From positions 194,176,521-194,237,572 of the forward strand of contig NC_068981.1 of assembly GCF_001194135.2 (NCBI RefSeq): 61,052 nucleotides of DNA. The letters are read 5' to 3'. Origin of the DNA: Octopus bimaculoides (lineage: Eukaryota). Positions 1 through 12,940 of this stretch are shown in pieces (the stretch's first letter is position 1; each line of letters opens with the position of its first letter). The notes under the pieces were generated by a model. It saw only the letters and a program-made list of their open reading frames with translations. It ran no database searches and was not told the DNA's origin. Made by a program: the position numbers and the translations under genes.

Positions 1-47
1 ATATATATACATACATATACATATATATATATACATACATATACATA

Positions 48-85
<38 letters not shown>

Positions 86-254
86 CATATATACATACAT
101 ATACATATATACATACATATACATATATACATACATATATATACATATACATACATATATATATACACATATATATATACACACATATATATATACACAC
201 ATATATACACACATATATATATACACACATATATATATACACACATATATATAT

Positions 255-294
<40 letters not shown>
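1..294. repeat. Compound (TA)n/(TACA)n/(CA)n microsatellite
   Basis: Direct reading; degenerate AT/AC low-complexity array. Confidence 0.95.
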
Positions 295-297
<3 letters not shown>

Positions 298-610
298 CAT
301 GATAAAGGATGATGTGCACACACATATACATACACACACACACCCACATATATCAATATACATAATTTGTGCACACATATGCATACGTAGGGAAATTTTC
401 ACATCCTGTAATTAGTGTAATTCAACAAACATTACAAAACACTGGCATTATTTCATTTCGTTCATGATGATGATGATGATGATGATGAGTGTCATCTAAG
501 GTCAGCACTGACCAAACAAGTATTGTTGTTGGTTTAGTCCTGATTAAAGACACCACTGATCAAAGGCATTCCAACCAGGACACCTCTGCCTTCATTTAAA
601 CAATAACATA

Positions 611-766
611 GGCATGGCTGTGTGGTAAGAAACTTGCTTCCCAACCGCATGGTTCTGGGTTCAGTCCCATCATGGGAAACCTTGGGCAAGTGTCTTTTAC
701 TATACCCTCAGGTCAACAAAAGCTTTGTTAGTGGATTTGGTAGACAGAAACTGAAAGAAGCCCGTC

Positions 767-802
<36 letters not shown>

Positions 803-913
803 NNNNNNNNNNNNNNNNNNNNNNNNNNNNNNNNNNNNNNNNNNNNNNNNNNNNNNNNNNNNNNNNNNNNNNNNNNNNNNNNNNNNNTATATATACATAT
901 ATATATATACATA

Positions 914-949
<36 letters not shown>

Positions 950-1160
950 TGTATGTATGTTCATGTGTTTGTACCTCCACCATCGCCTGACAACCAATGT
1001 TGGTGTGTTTACGTCCTTGTAACTTAGCACTTCGGCAAAAGAAACCGAGAGAATATGTACTAGGCTTACAAAGAATAAGTCCTCAGGTCAAATTGTTTGA
1101 CTAAAGGTAGTGCTCCAGCATGGCCGCAGTCAAATGACTGAAACCAAAGAATAAAAGAAA
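611..1160 (+). mobile_element. SINE family A: tRNA-like head, CORE-like segment, internal (TA)/(TG) microsatellite, conserved tail
   Basis: Head GGCATGGCTGTGTGGTAAG...GGTTCAGTCCCA (A/B-box-like); CCTTGGGCAAGTG resembles the CORE-SINE/MIR core; tail ...CAGCATGGCCGCAGTCAAATGACTGAAAC; more than 20 full or partial copies in the window; an assembly gap falls in the internal microsatellite. Confidence 0.85.
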
Positions 1161-1384
1161 TATATCTAAGTCTGTGTTTTGTGTTTGCGTTTGTGCTTCA
1201 CCACCACTTAACAACTGGGGTTTCAGGCAAGGACCAAGACCATTTGGCATTATGACAGGTTTCAAGCGTTGGGCCGCATGGAGGCAATGACCAAGACCTT
1301 TGGCATTATGTTGTGTTTGAAAAGAAGATCAATGAAGCCAAGTCAAATTGCAGTCGTGGCAGATATCGGTGTCGCGCAAATGGC

Positions 1385-1582
1385 ACTTGTGCCAGTGGCA
1401 TGTAAAAGCACCCATTACACTCTCAGAGTGGTTGGCATTAGGAAAGGCATCCAGCCGTAGAAACCATGCTAAATCAGACTGGGATCAGATGCTGCCTCCC
1501 AGCTTGCCAGCCCTGGTCAAACTGTCCAACCCATGCCAGCATGGACAACAGACATTAAACAATGATGATGATGATGATGATG
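1385..1582 (+). mobile_element. SINE family C (V-domain-like, (GAT)n tail)
   Basis: GTGGCATGTAAAAGCACCC...GTTGGCATTAGGAAAGGCATCCAGCCGTAGAAA...CCCATGCCAGCATGG...(GAT)n; about 10 copies; the V-SINE resemblance is from memory. Confidence 0.75.
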
Positions 1583-1768
1583 TCACCTATCTGTTCAGCA
1601 AAAGAGACTGACAAAACAAATACAAGGCTTAAAAAAAATAATAAGTCCTGGGGTCAATTCATTCAACTAAAATTCTTCAAGGCAGTGCCCCAGCATGACC
1701 ACAGTCTAATGACTGAAGCAGCTGAAAGATAAAAGATGTATATGTGTGCACACACACTCACATACGTC

Positions 1769-1799
<31 letters not shown>

Positions 1800-2175
1800 G
1801 ACTCCTTGCATGGAGATTATGTGATAATTGTAAATAAGTCTCACTGTCATGCAAGCAGTGTCCTTTGCTTCCAGACTTCCTTGAAAAATGAGTCTGGCCA
1901 TGGGAGAAATATTACCACCTTGCTTGGAAACAGGTGAGGGTTGGCAACAGGAAGAGCATCTGGCTGTAGGAAAGCTGCCTCAGCAAATTCCATCTGACTC
2001 ATACAAGTATTGAGAAATGGAAATTAAGACAAAGATGAAAATGATCACAAGCCATACTTTCACCTAGTTTAAGACCCATCACACCAGACACAAAACCCCA
2101 GATGTACCAAACCTTCTCCTTATAAAGGCCCATTGCTCCAAGTATATCTCTGCCCTGTGGTTTTATTGTGTACAG

Positions 2176-2405
2176 CAGTGGTTCTCAACCCTTTTTGTGC
2201 CTATGGATCCTTTTGATTCTTATTTTACTTGGATGGATCCTCAGAACCATTCAATGTTTCAAAAAATCCTATCAGAAATATTATTAGGAATTGTGTTAAA
2301 AAAACAATTAAAAAAACATCTTGTGTATTTAAGAAGTAAAACCAATTTATTGCAGATTCTTGCATGAACCCCTAAGGGTCGGGTGGTCCCTGTTGAGAAC
2401 CACAG
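2176..2405. mobile_element. hAT-type MITE
   Basis: TIRs CAGTGGTTCTCAAC / GTTGAGAACCACAG; TSD not convincing. Confidence 0.65.
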
Positions 2406-4380
2406 GTGCAGTGTATAATGTGATTCTGTGGCTATGAACCCTAAATATGTTAAAGATAAAGTCAAACTGGGTAGAATTGTTGTTGATCAACCCTGATCAA
2501 AGAACCTACGTTCAAACACAATCCAACTGTGACCATCTCATCTTTTTAGAGGTACAACTACATGTTCTAATGTGTCTTTCTCATTTTCCAAGATGGTGGT
2601 TTGCAATGAGAGAAAGAGAGGGGCAGACTTAAAGAGAGAGATTTGGAATTATTTCTGGTGAATTATGAAGTACCAAAGAAGGAATGTGGTAGGGTTGCTA
2701 TTTCCAGCAATTTTAGTAAAGACTCCATTGTTGGTTCAAGATGCAATTTAGTCTGAAAACAATGATGTCTTTGAGAAAATAATCAAACTTCCATATTCAC
2801 TCTCTCAATAATCTTCACCATTCTTCCCTCAGTACCATTTCCATAATATTTTTCATACAGTATCATTCTTGTACAAAAGTGTGGAACAAAATTTGCTTTA
2901 AAGGGCGCAAACCCAGGTCCTAAATTTTTTTACAAACAATCTTCCAATAATGGAAAACTAACATTTCAAATCAGTCCAAAAATGTTTTTACACTCGTTCG
3001 TTTTTGCAATTAAATTTTTTCAGGAGGATGTTCAAATTATTTTCATTACCCCACCCATGAAAATTTTGAGGGGTACACTTGCCTCTCCTACACCCCTATT
3101 CCCAAGCCACAGTACCCTTCACCAAAGTTCCCTCTCCACAATTCCATTCCCATAGTCTTCTATATTTTCCTTTACTGAAGAACACATTCAGTTGTAAATC
3201 ATTTTTTTTTTGTTTTGTTATCCTCCTCCTCCTCCAGAGACAATCTCAAGTCTCTTCCGCAATCCAAGAATTACAAGAACTGGTTTTACCAAAACTAGAA
3301 ATAATGTATCGTGTATGTTACCCATTCAAAGACAAATTCCTTTCCAGATTTACTCCCCCCCCCCTTTTGTTGTCTTTCTTTTATTTTTACCAATTTCTTT
3401 CTCTGAAGGAATCCAAAGAAAGAAACAAACCCAAAAAACACAAAGCAGCTGGAGATGGTTGAGTTAAAAGCCATGGAGGGAGAAATTAGGAAGTGAGGTG
3501 ATATGTTCAAATATGTACAGTGCCAGAGATTTCACAGATGGAAGGAATGAAGGAATATGGCGGAGGGAAGGGGTGTGGATGGAAAGGGAGGTGGGGAGTA
3601 AAAATAACAAGCAAGTCACTGTGTTGGTATGGCAATTAACCCTTTAAACTGGTTCTCTTATTGAATATAATAGATGGTGTCACATGATGGTGTCACATGA
3701 TGACAGCACCTCATACTAACACACACACACACACACACACAAACACACAGACATGCACACATAACCTAATGAAGGTAGAAGGAACAAAACCTATGTGGTT
3801 GCATGACCTGCTAGAAATAGCAGCTATATTTCCCTCAAACTACACACTACAGTCTTTTAAAAATAAAAAAAGAACATGTTGGATGTGATCCTGGATGGAA
3901 TCCCTTTGATTAGAGGTCTGCTAGATAAGGGTTGGCAACAAATTACGCATACACGTACTCACACATCTGTAGCACCTCGCACACACCCACATGCACACGT
4001 ACTCACAAAACATACAGACACATACATACCCATGCATACTCTCCCACATACATCTATTTACTTAAATACACACAGAGATAAATACTCACAGACTTACATA
4101 TTCACACACACATCTACATATTCACTCACATACACATGTATTCTCTAACATACATGAAGGTACTCAGATAAATAAATAAATAATTTCACAGACACCTCAG
4201 TACTCTAATATGCATAGACATGTACTCACAAACCCGCAGACACGTACACACTCACTATATAATAATGACAGAGGCAGTATTAACACCATGAGATAATATT
4301 TATCCCCACTTAGAACATCCACATTTAAGTCACCATCATCATCATCATTTAACGTTTGTTGTCCATGCTGGCATGGGCTG

Positions 4381-4933
4381 AATGCAAAATTTTTTTCCCA
4401 TGAGAGTTCTGGACCCCAGTATTGAATTCTTTTGCATACAGCCAATCAGAGCTCACCTTGACCTTGTTGTCAAGTTAACAAACACACTCTACCAAGTAAA
4501 TTCAAGACAAAGAACGGTGTTGTAGGTTGACCAATCGCCAAGTTATGCCTGATTTTAGAAGGAGACAAGTAATTAGATAGATTTGCATCTATACCTATTA
4601 TTGGATTTTGTTAGGGTCAAATATGGTAGAGATGCGGATGGGGAAAGTGTGGGTAGAGGGTGATGTGCTAGCAACCCTCTCCCTTTGCTATTTTACAAAG
4701 TAAACAACAACACAAATAACTACGAAGAGGCAGCCATGGTTGAAACAAGAACAAGAACAACAAGCATTATCAAAAGAGAAAAGAAGAATGGTCATTCCTT
4801 ACACAAGTGACCTTATCTTATCGCCCATCACTTGTTATGCACTCATAAATTAGTTTGATAGTTGAGCTCTGATTGGCTGTATGCAAATGAGTTCATAACT
4901 GCGGTCCAGAACTCCTGTGGCAAAAAATAATTT
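4381..4933. mobile_element. Long-TIR MITE (Mutator-like) inserted into a family C SINE
   Basis: Imperfect TIRs of about 75 bp (4381-4456 vs 4864-4933); CATGGGCTG directly repeated at 4372-4380 and 4934-4942; the flanks rejoin into a minus-strand SINE C (4333-5040). Confidence 0.65.
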
Positions 4934-5040
4934 CATGGGCTGGACAGTTTGGCCAGGGCTGGCAAGATGGAAGGCTGCACCAGACCCCAGTCTGGTTTGG
5001 CTACAGCTGGATGCCCTTCCTAGTACCAACCACTTTGAGA

Positions 5041-5248
5041 GGGGCTAAACATAGAGGGGACAAACAAGGACAAACAAAGGGATTAAGTCGATTACATCGA
5101 CCCCAGTGCGTAACTGATACTTGTTTGATTGACCCTGAAAGGATGAAAGGCAAAGTCGACCTCGGTGGAATTTGAACTCAGAACGTAGCAGCAGAAAAAA
5201 TACTGCAAAGCAATTCGCCTGGCGAGCTAACGTTTCTGCCAGCTCGCC
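5041..5248 (-). mobile_element. SINE family B (tRNA head plus Meta-domain-like core)
   Basis: Reverse complement reads GGCGAGCTGGCAGAAACGTTAGC...GAGTTCAAATTCCACCGAGGTCGACTTTGCCTTTCATCCTTTC...TTTAGCCCC; about 10 copies; the MetaSINE resemblance is from memory. Confidence 0.8.
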
Positions 5249-5761
5249 ACTGAAAGGGCTTCTTTCAGTTTCTGTCCACCAGATCCACTCACAAGGCTTT
5301 GGTTGACCCGAGGCTATAGCAGAAGACACTCGCCCAAGGTGCCATGCAGTGGGACTGAACCTGGAACCATGTGGTTGGTAAGCAAGCTACTTACCACACA
5401 GCCACTCCTGAGCCTATGTATGTGTGTATTAATAAAAACTTGTAACCAGTTCAAATATGCTTGTGGCACACACAGACTTGTAACAAAGTCATTCACTGAA
5501 TTTTGTCATAGAGGAAATTTCCTGTTGTAGACCAACAGATATAAACACACCAAGTCAGTTCACAGCGTTCCCAAAGCAGACCGTGGAACACATGCATCCA
5601 ACAGTCAGGTTAGAGAGGAGGAGGAGGAGGGGGGGGGGACTGGGAACTGGCTCAGCAAGAAATTTTCTTTGTAGCAAAATACAGTGAATGGCATTTATAC
5701 GGATTCAAATGTGTCTCAAGCATACTTGAACTAGTAACAAGTTTGTATTTATAGACATCAC

Positions 5762-5801
<40 letters not shown>

Positions 5802-5859
5802 AAGACAAGGTGCTTTTTGTTAGATATAGTGGTGTTGGCTAAAATCTATAGATATATTT

Positions 5860-6256
5860 CTTCTTATGTTCTGTCGTGTTTCAGTCATCACACTGTGGCC
5901 ATGCTGGAGCATTGCCTTCAAGGGTTTAGTCAAGCAAATCAATCCCAGTGCTTATTCTTTTCCAAGTCTGATATTCTACTAGTCACTTTTGCCAAGTTAC
6001 AGGGATGTAAACAAACCAACAGTCGTTGTCAAGCAGAGTGCATGGGGGAAACATACACACACACACATACACACACAGAAATACTACAACATGCACAACA
6101 TGCTTCCACACAGTTTCCATGTACCAAAATCACTCACAAGGCATTGGTCAATCCAGGGCTACAGTAGACGATACTTACTCAAGGTACCAAGCAGTGGGAC
6201 TGAACCTGATACTATGTGATAGCAAAAGCAATCTTCTTTATGACACAGCCACTCCT
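5860..6256 (-). mobile_element. SINE family A copy (diverged)
   Basis: Tail, internal CA tract and head all match family A in reverse. Confidence 0.75.
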
Positions 6257-6291
6257 ACACATACACACACCCACATACTATTACGTATATA

Positions 6292-6370
6292 CAGGGGTTG
6301 GACAAAATAATGGAAACACCTAGCATCATAATTTTGAAATGTCTATAAAGCCATCAAACCTTGTTTATTT
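6292..6370 (+). mobile_element. Tc1-like terminal fragment
   Basis: TA followed by CAGGGGTTGGACAAAATAATGGAAACACC, a Tc1-style TIR; partner end not seen. Confidence 0.5.
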
Positions 6371-6403
6371 TTGTTTTGGGATTTATTATTAGTGTTGCTT
6401 AGT

Positions 6404-6731
6404 GGAGGCACAATGGCCCAGTGGTTAGGGCATCGGACTCGCGGTCATAAGATCGAGGTTTTGTTTCCCAGACCGGGTGTTGTGTTTATTGAGCGAAAAC
6501 ACCTAAAGCTCCACGAGGCTCCGGCAGGGGATGGTGGCGAACCCTGCTGTACTCTTTCACCACAACTTTCTCTCACTCTTACTTCCTGTTTCTGTTGTGC
6601 CTGTAATTCAAAGGGTCAACCTTGTCACACTGTGTCACGTTGAATATCCCCGAGAACTACGTTAAGGGTACACGTGTCTGTGGAGTGCTCAGCCACTTGC
6701 ACGTTAATCTCACAAGCAGGCTGTTCCGTTG
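6404..6731 (+). mobile_element. tRNA-derived SINE, further family, truncated by an assembly gap
   Basis: A box TGGCCCAGTGG and a degenerate B box; the 3' part GTGCTCAGCCACTTGCACGTTAAT...GCTGTTCCGTTG recurs at about 37645-37760 (+), 24775-24900 (-) and 29325-29385 (-). Confidence 0.7.
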
Positions 6732-7662
6732 NNNNNNNNNNNNNNNNNNNNNNNNNNNNNNNNNNNNNNNNNNNNNNNNNNNNNNNNNNNNNNNNNNNNN
6801 NNNNNNNNNNNNNNNNNNNNNNNNNNNNNNNNNNNNNNNNNNNNNNNNNNNNNNNNNNNNNNNNNNNNNNNNNNNNNNNNNNNNNNNNNNNNNNNNNNNN
6901 NNNNNNNNNNNNNNNNNNNNNNNNNNNNNNNNNNNNNNNNNNNNNNNNNNNNNNNNNNNNNNNNNNNNNNNNNNNNNNNNNNNNNNNNNNNNNNNNNNNN
7001 NNNNNNNNNNNNNNNNNNNNNNNNNNNNNNNNNNNNNNNNNNNNNNNNNNNNNNNNNNNNNNNNNNNNNNNNNNNNNNNNNNNNNNNNNNNNNNNNNNNN
7101 NNNNNNNNNNNNNNNNNNNNNNNNNNNNNNNNNNNNNNNNNNNNNNNNNNNNNNNNNNNNNNNNNNNNNNNNNNNNNNNNNNNNNNNNNNNNNNNNNNNN
7201 NNNNNNNNNNNNNNNNNNNNNNNNNNNNNNNNNNNNNNNNNNNNNNNNNNNNNNNNNNNNNNNNNNNNNNNNNNNNNNNNNNNNNNNNNNNNNNNNNNNN
7301 NNNNNNNNNNNNNNNNNNNNNNNNNNNNNNNNNNNNNNNNNNNNNNNNNNNNNNNNNNNNNNNNNNNNNNNNNNNNNNNNNNNNNNNNNNNNNNNNNNNN
7401 NNNNNNNNNNNNNNNNNNNNNNNNNNNNNNNNNNNNNNNNNNNNNNNNNNNNNNNNNNNNNNNNNNNNNNNNNNNNNNNNNNNNNNNNNNNNNNNNNNNN
7501 NNNNNNNNNNNNNNNNNNNNNNNNNNNNNNNNNNNNNNNNNNNNNNNNNNNNNNNNNNNNNNNNNNNNNNNNNNNNNNNNNNNNNNNNNNNNNNNNNNNN
7601 NNNNNNNNNNNNNNNNNNNNNNNNNNNNNNNNNNNNNNNNNNNNNNNNNNNNNNNNNNNNNN

Positions 7663-7718
<56 letters not shown>

Positions 7719-7719
<1 letters not shown>

Positions 7720-8300
7720 ACAAGGGGAAGTCAAAAATTATCCTCACTTTTGCCATATCTTTATTATTGTCACACTACCTGCGCACACATGCTTATAGTT
7801 GGTATTATCATGGTCACATGATCGAAGTTTGAGCCTGACCGCATCATTTTTCCTTCCAGCTTTACAGCATAAGCATGTCCCCTCCACAAGCAATGTGCAC
7901 CAAAGAAGAACAAAGAGCAGTGACCCAATTTCCCTGGTCAGAAAGTGTGTCAGGTGTTGAAATTCATCCGCGATGAGCTCGGCTTCCATAAAGTCTGTGT
8001 AAGATGAGTGCCAAGAGGTCTTGAGGTCTGCCAATGTTTACTCCATCACTACAACAATGAGGGCAAGGAATTTTTGAGCAGAAGAGTCACAGCAGATGAA
8101 ATGTGAGTCCATCATTCTGAGGCGGAATCCAAAAGACAAAGTACAGAGTGGAAACATTCTGGCTCACCAGCGATGAAGAAATTCAAGACTCAGTCTTCCA
8201 CAAGAAAGGTAATGCTAACCCTTTTTTGGAATTCAAAAGCACCTATACTGGAAGGCTACCGGGAAAAGAGGGTGTGCGATCAACAGTGCAAGATACAGTG
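7719..8300 (+). mobile_element. Internally deleted mariner (DD34D) transposase relic
   Basis: TIR-like CAAGGGGAAGTCAAAAATTATCC; peptides MCTKEEQRAVTQF..EIH, RDELGFHKVCVR*VP and EFLSRRVTADEM*VHHSEAESKRQSTEWKHSGSPAMKKFKTQSSTRKVMLTLFWNSK. Confidence 0.85.
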
Positions 8301-8879
8301 TGCCCCACACATAATAATCAAGGGGGTTGAAGTTTGGGGAGTTAGGTGGTCAGATGTTAGGGGTGATGTGGTCACAGAAATTGTCAGACAGCCATGGCTG
8401 GGTTCTCCTGCTTGTGTGGAATGGTGCAGAGTCCCGTTGCCAGACATAGGGTCTTCCAGCAGCCTTTTGATTCCGGAGCAGCACTATTTCCTCCAGGCAC
8501 TTGATGTAGGCCTCCGTGTCGAGTGTGAGGCCATGTGGGAAGATGAATGGAGGCATAACGTCGCCATCTCTAGTAATCACTCCAAACACCGTGATGTTGA
8601 CTGGATGTTTGATTCTTATCACTCTCAGTACATGTCCTCAGATTGACACCCAAACACTTTGAAATGTTCGTATCGGAGCTTTCAGTGCAAATACCAAACA
8701 GTACAGCATGTCATTTCAAAATTTCTGGCAGAGTGAATTGCACCATGGTGCTGCTTTTCTCACAGACGATGCCCGACTGACCCTACTATACTGTGTAGTT
8801 GACAAAATCAAAAACAAACAATGCGCATACACAAAATTAAAGATATAAAATGGTGACAATTTACCCATCACACTCTGTG
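8300..8879 (-). mobile_element. maT/DD37D-type Tc1-mariner transposase relic
   Basis: KHPVNITVFGVITRDGDVMPPFIFP..GRPYVWQRDSAPFHTSRRTQPWLSDNF, then (frameshift) PPNSPNFNPLDYYVWG; TIR-like CAGAGTGTGATGGGTAAATTGTCACC beside a TA tract. Confidence 0.8.
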
Positions 8880-9305
8880 TATATATATATATATGTATAT
8901 ACATGTCTATGAATATATATACATAGATACGTATATACACAGATATATATATATGTGTATATACATATACAAACATATTTATGTGCATATATATATATAC
9001 ATATATATGGATGCATGTGTGTGTGTGTGTACAAGGCTACAAGGTTAGTACACAATAACATCACTATTTACATAAGAACAGTAACATGTGTGTGAAAAAA
9101 CACACTTCACGCTTTTATTTAAAATTAGAAAACAATGGAACCAAAATAACCACCCTGGGAAAATTTTTTTCTCTGGAATTCCTTGGACATCAAATTTGAT
9201 TTAGTTTTTTTTTTTTTAATTTAATATAACTTATTTTGCTGAAAAATACTCCCACAAAAATTAGGCATGAACACCACTACTTCACACACTTCAAAACGTC
9301 TCTAT

Positions 9306-9702
9306 TTTAATTCTTTTATTTGTTTCAGTCATTTGACTGTGGCCATGCTGGAGCACCGCATTCAGTCGAACAAATCGCCCCCCAGGACTTATTCGTTGTA
9401 AGCCTAGTACTTATTCTATCGGTCCCTTTTGCCGAACTGCTAAGTTACGGGGACGTAAACACACCAGTATCGGTTGTCAAGCGATAGTGGTTGGGACAAA
9501 CACAGACACACAAACACAGACACACACATATATATACGATGGGCTTCTTTCAGTTTCTGTCTACCAAATCCACTCACAAGGCTTTGGCCGGCCCGAGACT
9601 ATAGTAGAAGACACTTGCCCAAGGTGCCACGCAGTGGGACTGAACCCAAAACCCTGTAGTTGGGGAGCAAGCTACTTACCACACAGCCACCCCTGCCCCT
9701 AA
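9306..9702 (-). mobile_element. SINE family A, full length
   Basis: Complete head-microsatellite-tail arrangement in reverse. Confidence 0.85.
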
Positions 9703-9819
9703 TAATGTCTAATAAAAAAAATTAGTTTCCTTAACTTCATGGTACAGAGCACTCAGCTGCAGTTTGAGAGTTACCGGGTTCAATTCTCAGTAGTGGCTTG
9801 CTGGCAACTTTTAAGCATA

Positions 9820-9967
9820 GGTATTAAGAAGCTTGCTTCTGAACCGTAAGGTTCTGGGTTCAGTCCTAGTGCGTGACACTTTGGGCAAGTGCCTTCTACT
9901 ATAGCCTTGGGTCAACCAAAACCTTGTGAGTGGATTTGATAGATGGAAACTGAAAGAAGCCTCTTAC

Positions 9968-10007
<40 letters not shown>

Positions 10008-10195
10008 ATCTGTGTTTGTTCCCCACCACCACTTGACAACAGGTGTTGGTTTGCCTATGCCCCCCTCCCATAACTTAGTGGTTCAGCAAAACTGACCAAT
10101 AAAATAATTGCCCAGCTTAAAAAAGCAAAAAAAGTACTGGGACCAGGCATTGCCCCAGCATTGCCACAGTTTAATAACTGAAACAAGCAGAGTAT
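9820..10195 (+). mobile_element. SINE family A
   Basis: Head, (TG)n and tail present. Confidence 0.8.
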
Positions 10196-10254
10196 ATAAA
10201 ATTTCTAAAAAAGATATAGAACAGTGAGATAAAAAGAAAAAAAAACAAATGATT

Positions 10255-10428
10255 TACATTGTTTTGAATTAATTGTGCATTATCTTGTAGCTTTGAGATT
10301 TCAGTGATGTGATTGTATACTTTTAGAATAACATTGTAGGATAGGTGTGAGAGGTAGGATATGACCAATTTGGAAATAAAGCAGAATAGTTTGACCAAAT
10401 CTAGCCAATTTGAATGCTAATGGGCTAA
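10255..10428. mobile_element. Possible piggyBac-type MITE right end
   Basis: Ends GAATGCTAATGGGCTAA, resembling a ...GGG|TTAA terminus; left end not found. Confidence 0.3.
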
Positions 10429-11803
10429 CACACATTTGTCATGTTTTATATCTCCAGTTATACAGTAATTTATGATTACACACACACACACACACATACA
10501 TACTCACTCAGACACACACACACAAACAATCAAACACAAACATACGATCACATGCACACACAGTTATTAGAACTCTAAATATTCATACCTTAGAGTAAAG
10601 CATTTGGAGAGTACAGAGCATAATATTAATTAATGAATGGCAAGGAAACAGGAATTATGCAGTGATCTCAGAGCTGAGTGCTTGTGTAACATACTATTGC
10701 AGAAACATCTGTGAGCTAATGAATGTAATTATGTAACATTTGTCCTTTTATCCTTCGTTAATTGATATTATTAAAACAGTCATGGATTTTAACTGATGTG
10801 GTGGTGCTATAATGCTTGACAACCGATGTTGGTGTGTTTACATCCCCGTGACTAAGCAGTTCAGCAAAACAGACCAATAGAATAACTACCAGATTATAAA
10901 AAAGAAAAAAAGTACTGGAGTCGATTCTCCAAGGTGATGCCCCAGCATGGCCACAGTCCAATGACTGGAACAAGTAAAAGAGTACAAGATAACCGATAAC
11001 CATTTCCTTCTTCTTCTTCAAACCAAAATACGACCCTTTTTTTCCCCTGACCAAAATTAGCTTTTCCTTCGCCAGGGAAGAGAGAGAATACTTTTAAATA
11101 CGAGACACAGCAACTGTGCCGGGTGGTGGGGTGGAGGGGAGTAAATTGGATAAACAGACAGACAGATAGGGAAAAATAAACACAATTATATCATTTCAGC
11201 ATCAAGGAAGGTCTGGAAGAGGTAGGGGAGGGTGGTGGGTGTATAAAGTGGGAGAGAGATAACGCATCTGAGATGTGGTGGGGGTGGGGGGGTTACCGCC
11301 AAATAACAATAAAAACACTCCAACGACCAAATATGGAACCAGGGATAAAGTTTAGAGAGAAGAAAACGACAAAAGAAAGCAAAAGTGTTATGTTAACGAG
11401 ATGAGGTGGTGGTGCAGGATGGCCTCACTTTACCAAAATGATGTATGCATTGCAACACACCCCCATCAAAATAAATGGATAAATAAATAAATAAATAAAT
11501 AAATAGATAATAATAATAATAATAATAATATGATGGTGATGATGACGTTGATGATGGTAACAATGCTGGTGGCGGAGGTGATAATCGTTACTGCAGAGCT
11601 AAGATTTATGGAAACAGAGCTTAGGAAAAGACAAGTTGGCCTGCTCGATAATTTGTAGCAGAACTTTCCTGGAGAATCTCGCGCCATGTCAGATGTAATT
11701 TATCATTAATGCCAGATACAGCAACCAGTCTAGTCGTTATTATTGCCCAGTTTAGCTTATTTTATAATATTAGAAGCCAGGTTGCTGGAGAACCCCCCCA
11801 CCC

Positions 11804-11811
<8 letters not shown>

Positions 11812-11846
<35 letters not shown>

Positions 11847-11891
11847 GGAGAGAGAGAGAGGGAGAGAGAGAGAGGAGAGAGGGAGAGAGAG
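11812..11891. repeat. (GA)n microsatellite
   Basis: Direct reading. Confidence 0.95.
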
Positions 11892-12570
11892 ACAGTCGTG
11901 TTTTATTAGGTCGTCCACCACACATCTTCTTCCAGTTAAAACAGCAGACAAAAATATATTTTAGGATTACATATAACTAATAAGGCTTTTATTTTTTTTA
12001 CCAACTTCTCTCATAATATTTGCCTCTCTCATTACAACACACACACACACGCCTCCTCCTCCTCCTCCTCTATTACTGACATCTGTCTACTGAATTTAGC
12101 TCAGTGATAAGTGGAATCCCCAATACAGTTCATTAGGTTGGGCTGATAAAAACTTTTAAAACTCCACAAATAAGTCAGTCGCCTTATGCTTAAACTAAAC
12201 ATTGCAGTTTCAAATCCCGGCTTAACCTCATTCACCACCAACACGGATGGATAAAAATGGGAAGTTGATTTAATTTTTTTTAACACTGTCGTCCCAAACA
12301 AGGCTTGAGACCATTTATAGTGTAAAGGAACCACAAAGAAGGAAAAGACGGAACCTAACAATTCCATAGATGTCAATTGACGGAAAGCTTTAAAGATTTT
12401 GAATATTAGTGACCAGAGGGAAAGAAGATGATGGAAGTACCAAACCGCTAAGTTATGGGAAAATAAACACATCCATACCAGTTGTCAAGTGGTGGTGGGT
12501 GACAAACACAGACACAAAGACGTTCAATAAATGCAGGCATGTAGGCATACATGTATGTATGTATGTATGT

Positions 12571-12940
12571 GATTTAAGGACTGTATCAAATCCTCATTAA
12601 AAGCCTGTAATATGCAGGACACTGACTGGGAGAACAATGCCTGTCATCGCCATAGATGGAGGAAGCAGGTTAGGGACGGGGGGGATCAACACTTTTGAGA
12701 GAGCACGTATTCTGCATGAAGAACTTAAGCATTCTGCTCAAAAGTGCACGGCTGGCGTAGTGAATGGGTAAAGCTTGGTTTGCAATGTTTGCAATCATGT
12801 ATGCTTGTCAAGAACAGGGCTCATTAGCCACCAACGGAGCCACAAATGCAAAATAAAGTTAGTCATAGAGCACACGATGTTTCTGAAGATCAGCAATGGT
12901 CTTCCTCGGTCACAAGTGGACGGCCATCATCACCATGTAT
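12571..12940 (+). mobile_element. RTE-clade LINE 3' end with a C-terminal C2H2-like finger
   Basis: RFKDCIKSSLKACNMQDTDWENNACHRHRWRKQV...NTFERARILHEELK...LVCNVCNHVCLSRTGLISHQRSH, then a short 3' UTR; lies inside the microsatellite of a minus-strand SINE A. Confidence 0.8.

Noticed and set aside
3079-3510. Overlapping ORFs of 71-127 aa
   Set aside because: No recognisable motif; poly-T and poly-C runs; not supported as exons.
6622-7832. ORFs of 250-410 aa here and at 21346-22592, 25018-26058, 32384-33427, 45180-46253 and 48555-49839
   Set aside because: They are open only because they cross N runs and microsatellites; there is no coding evidence.
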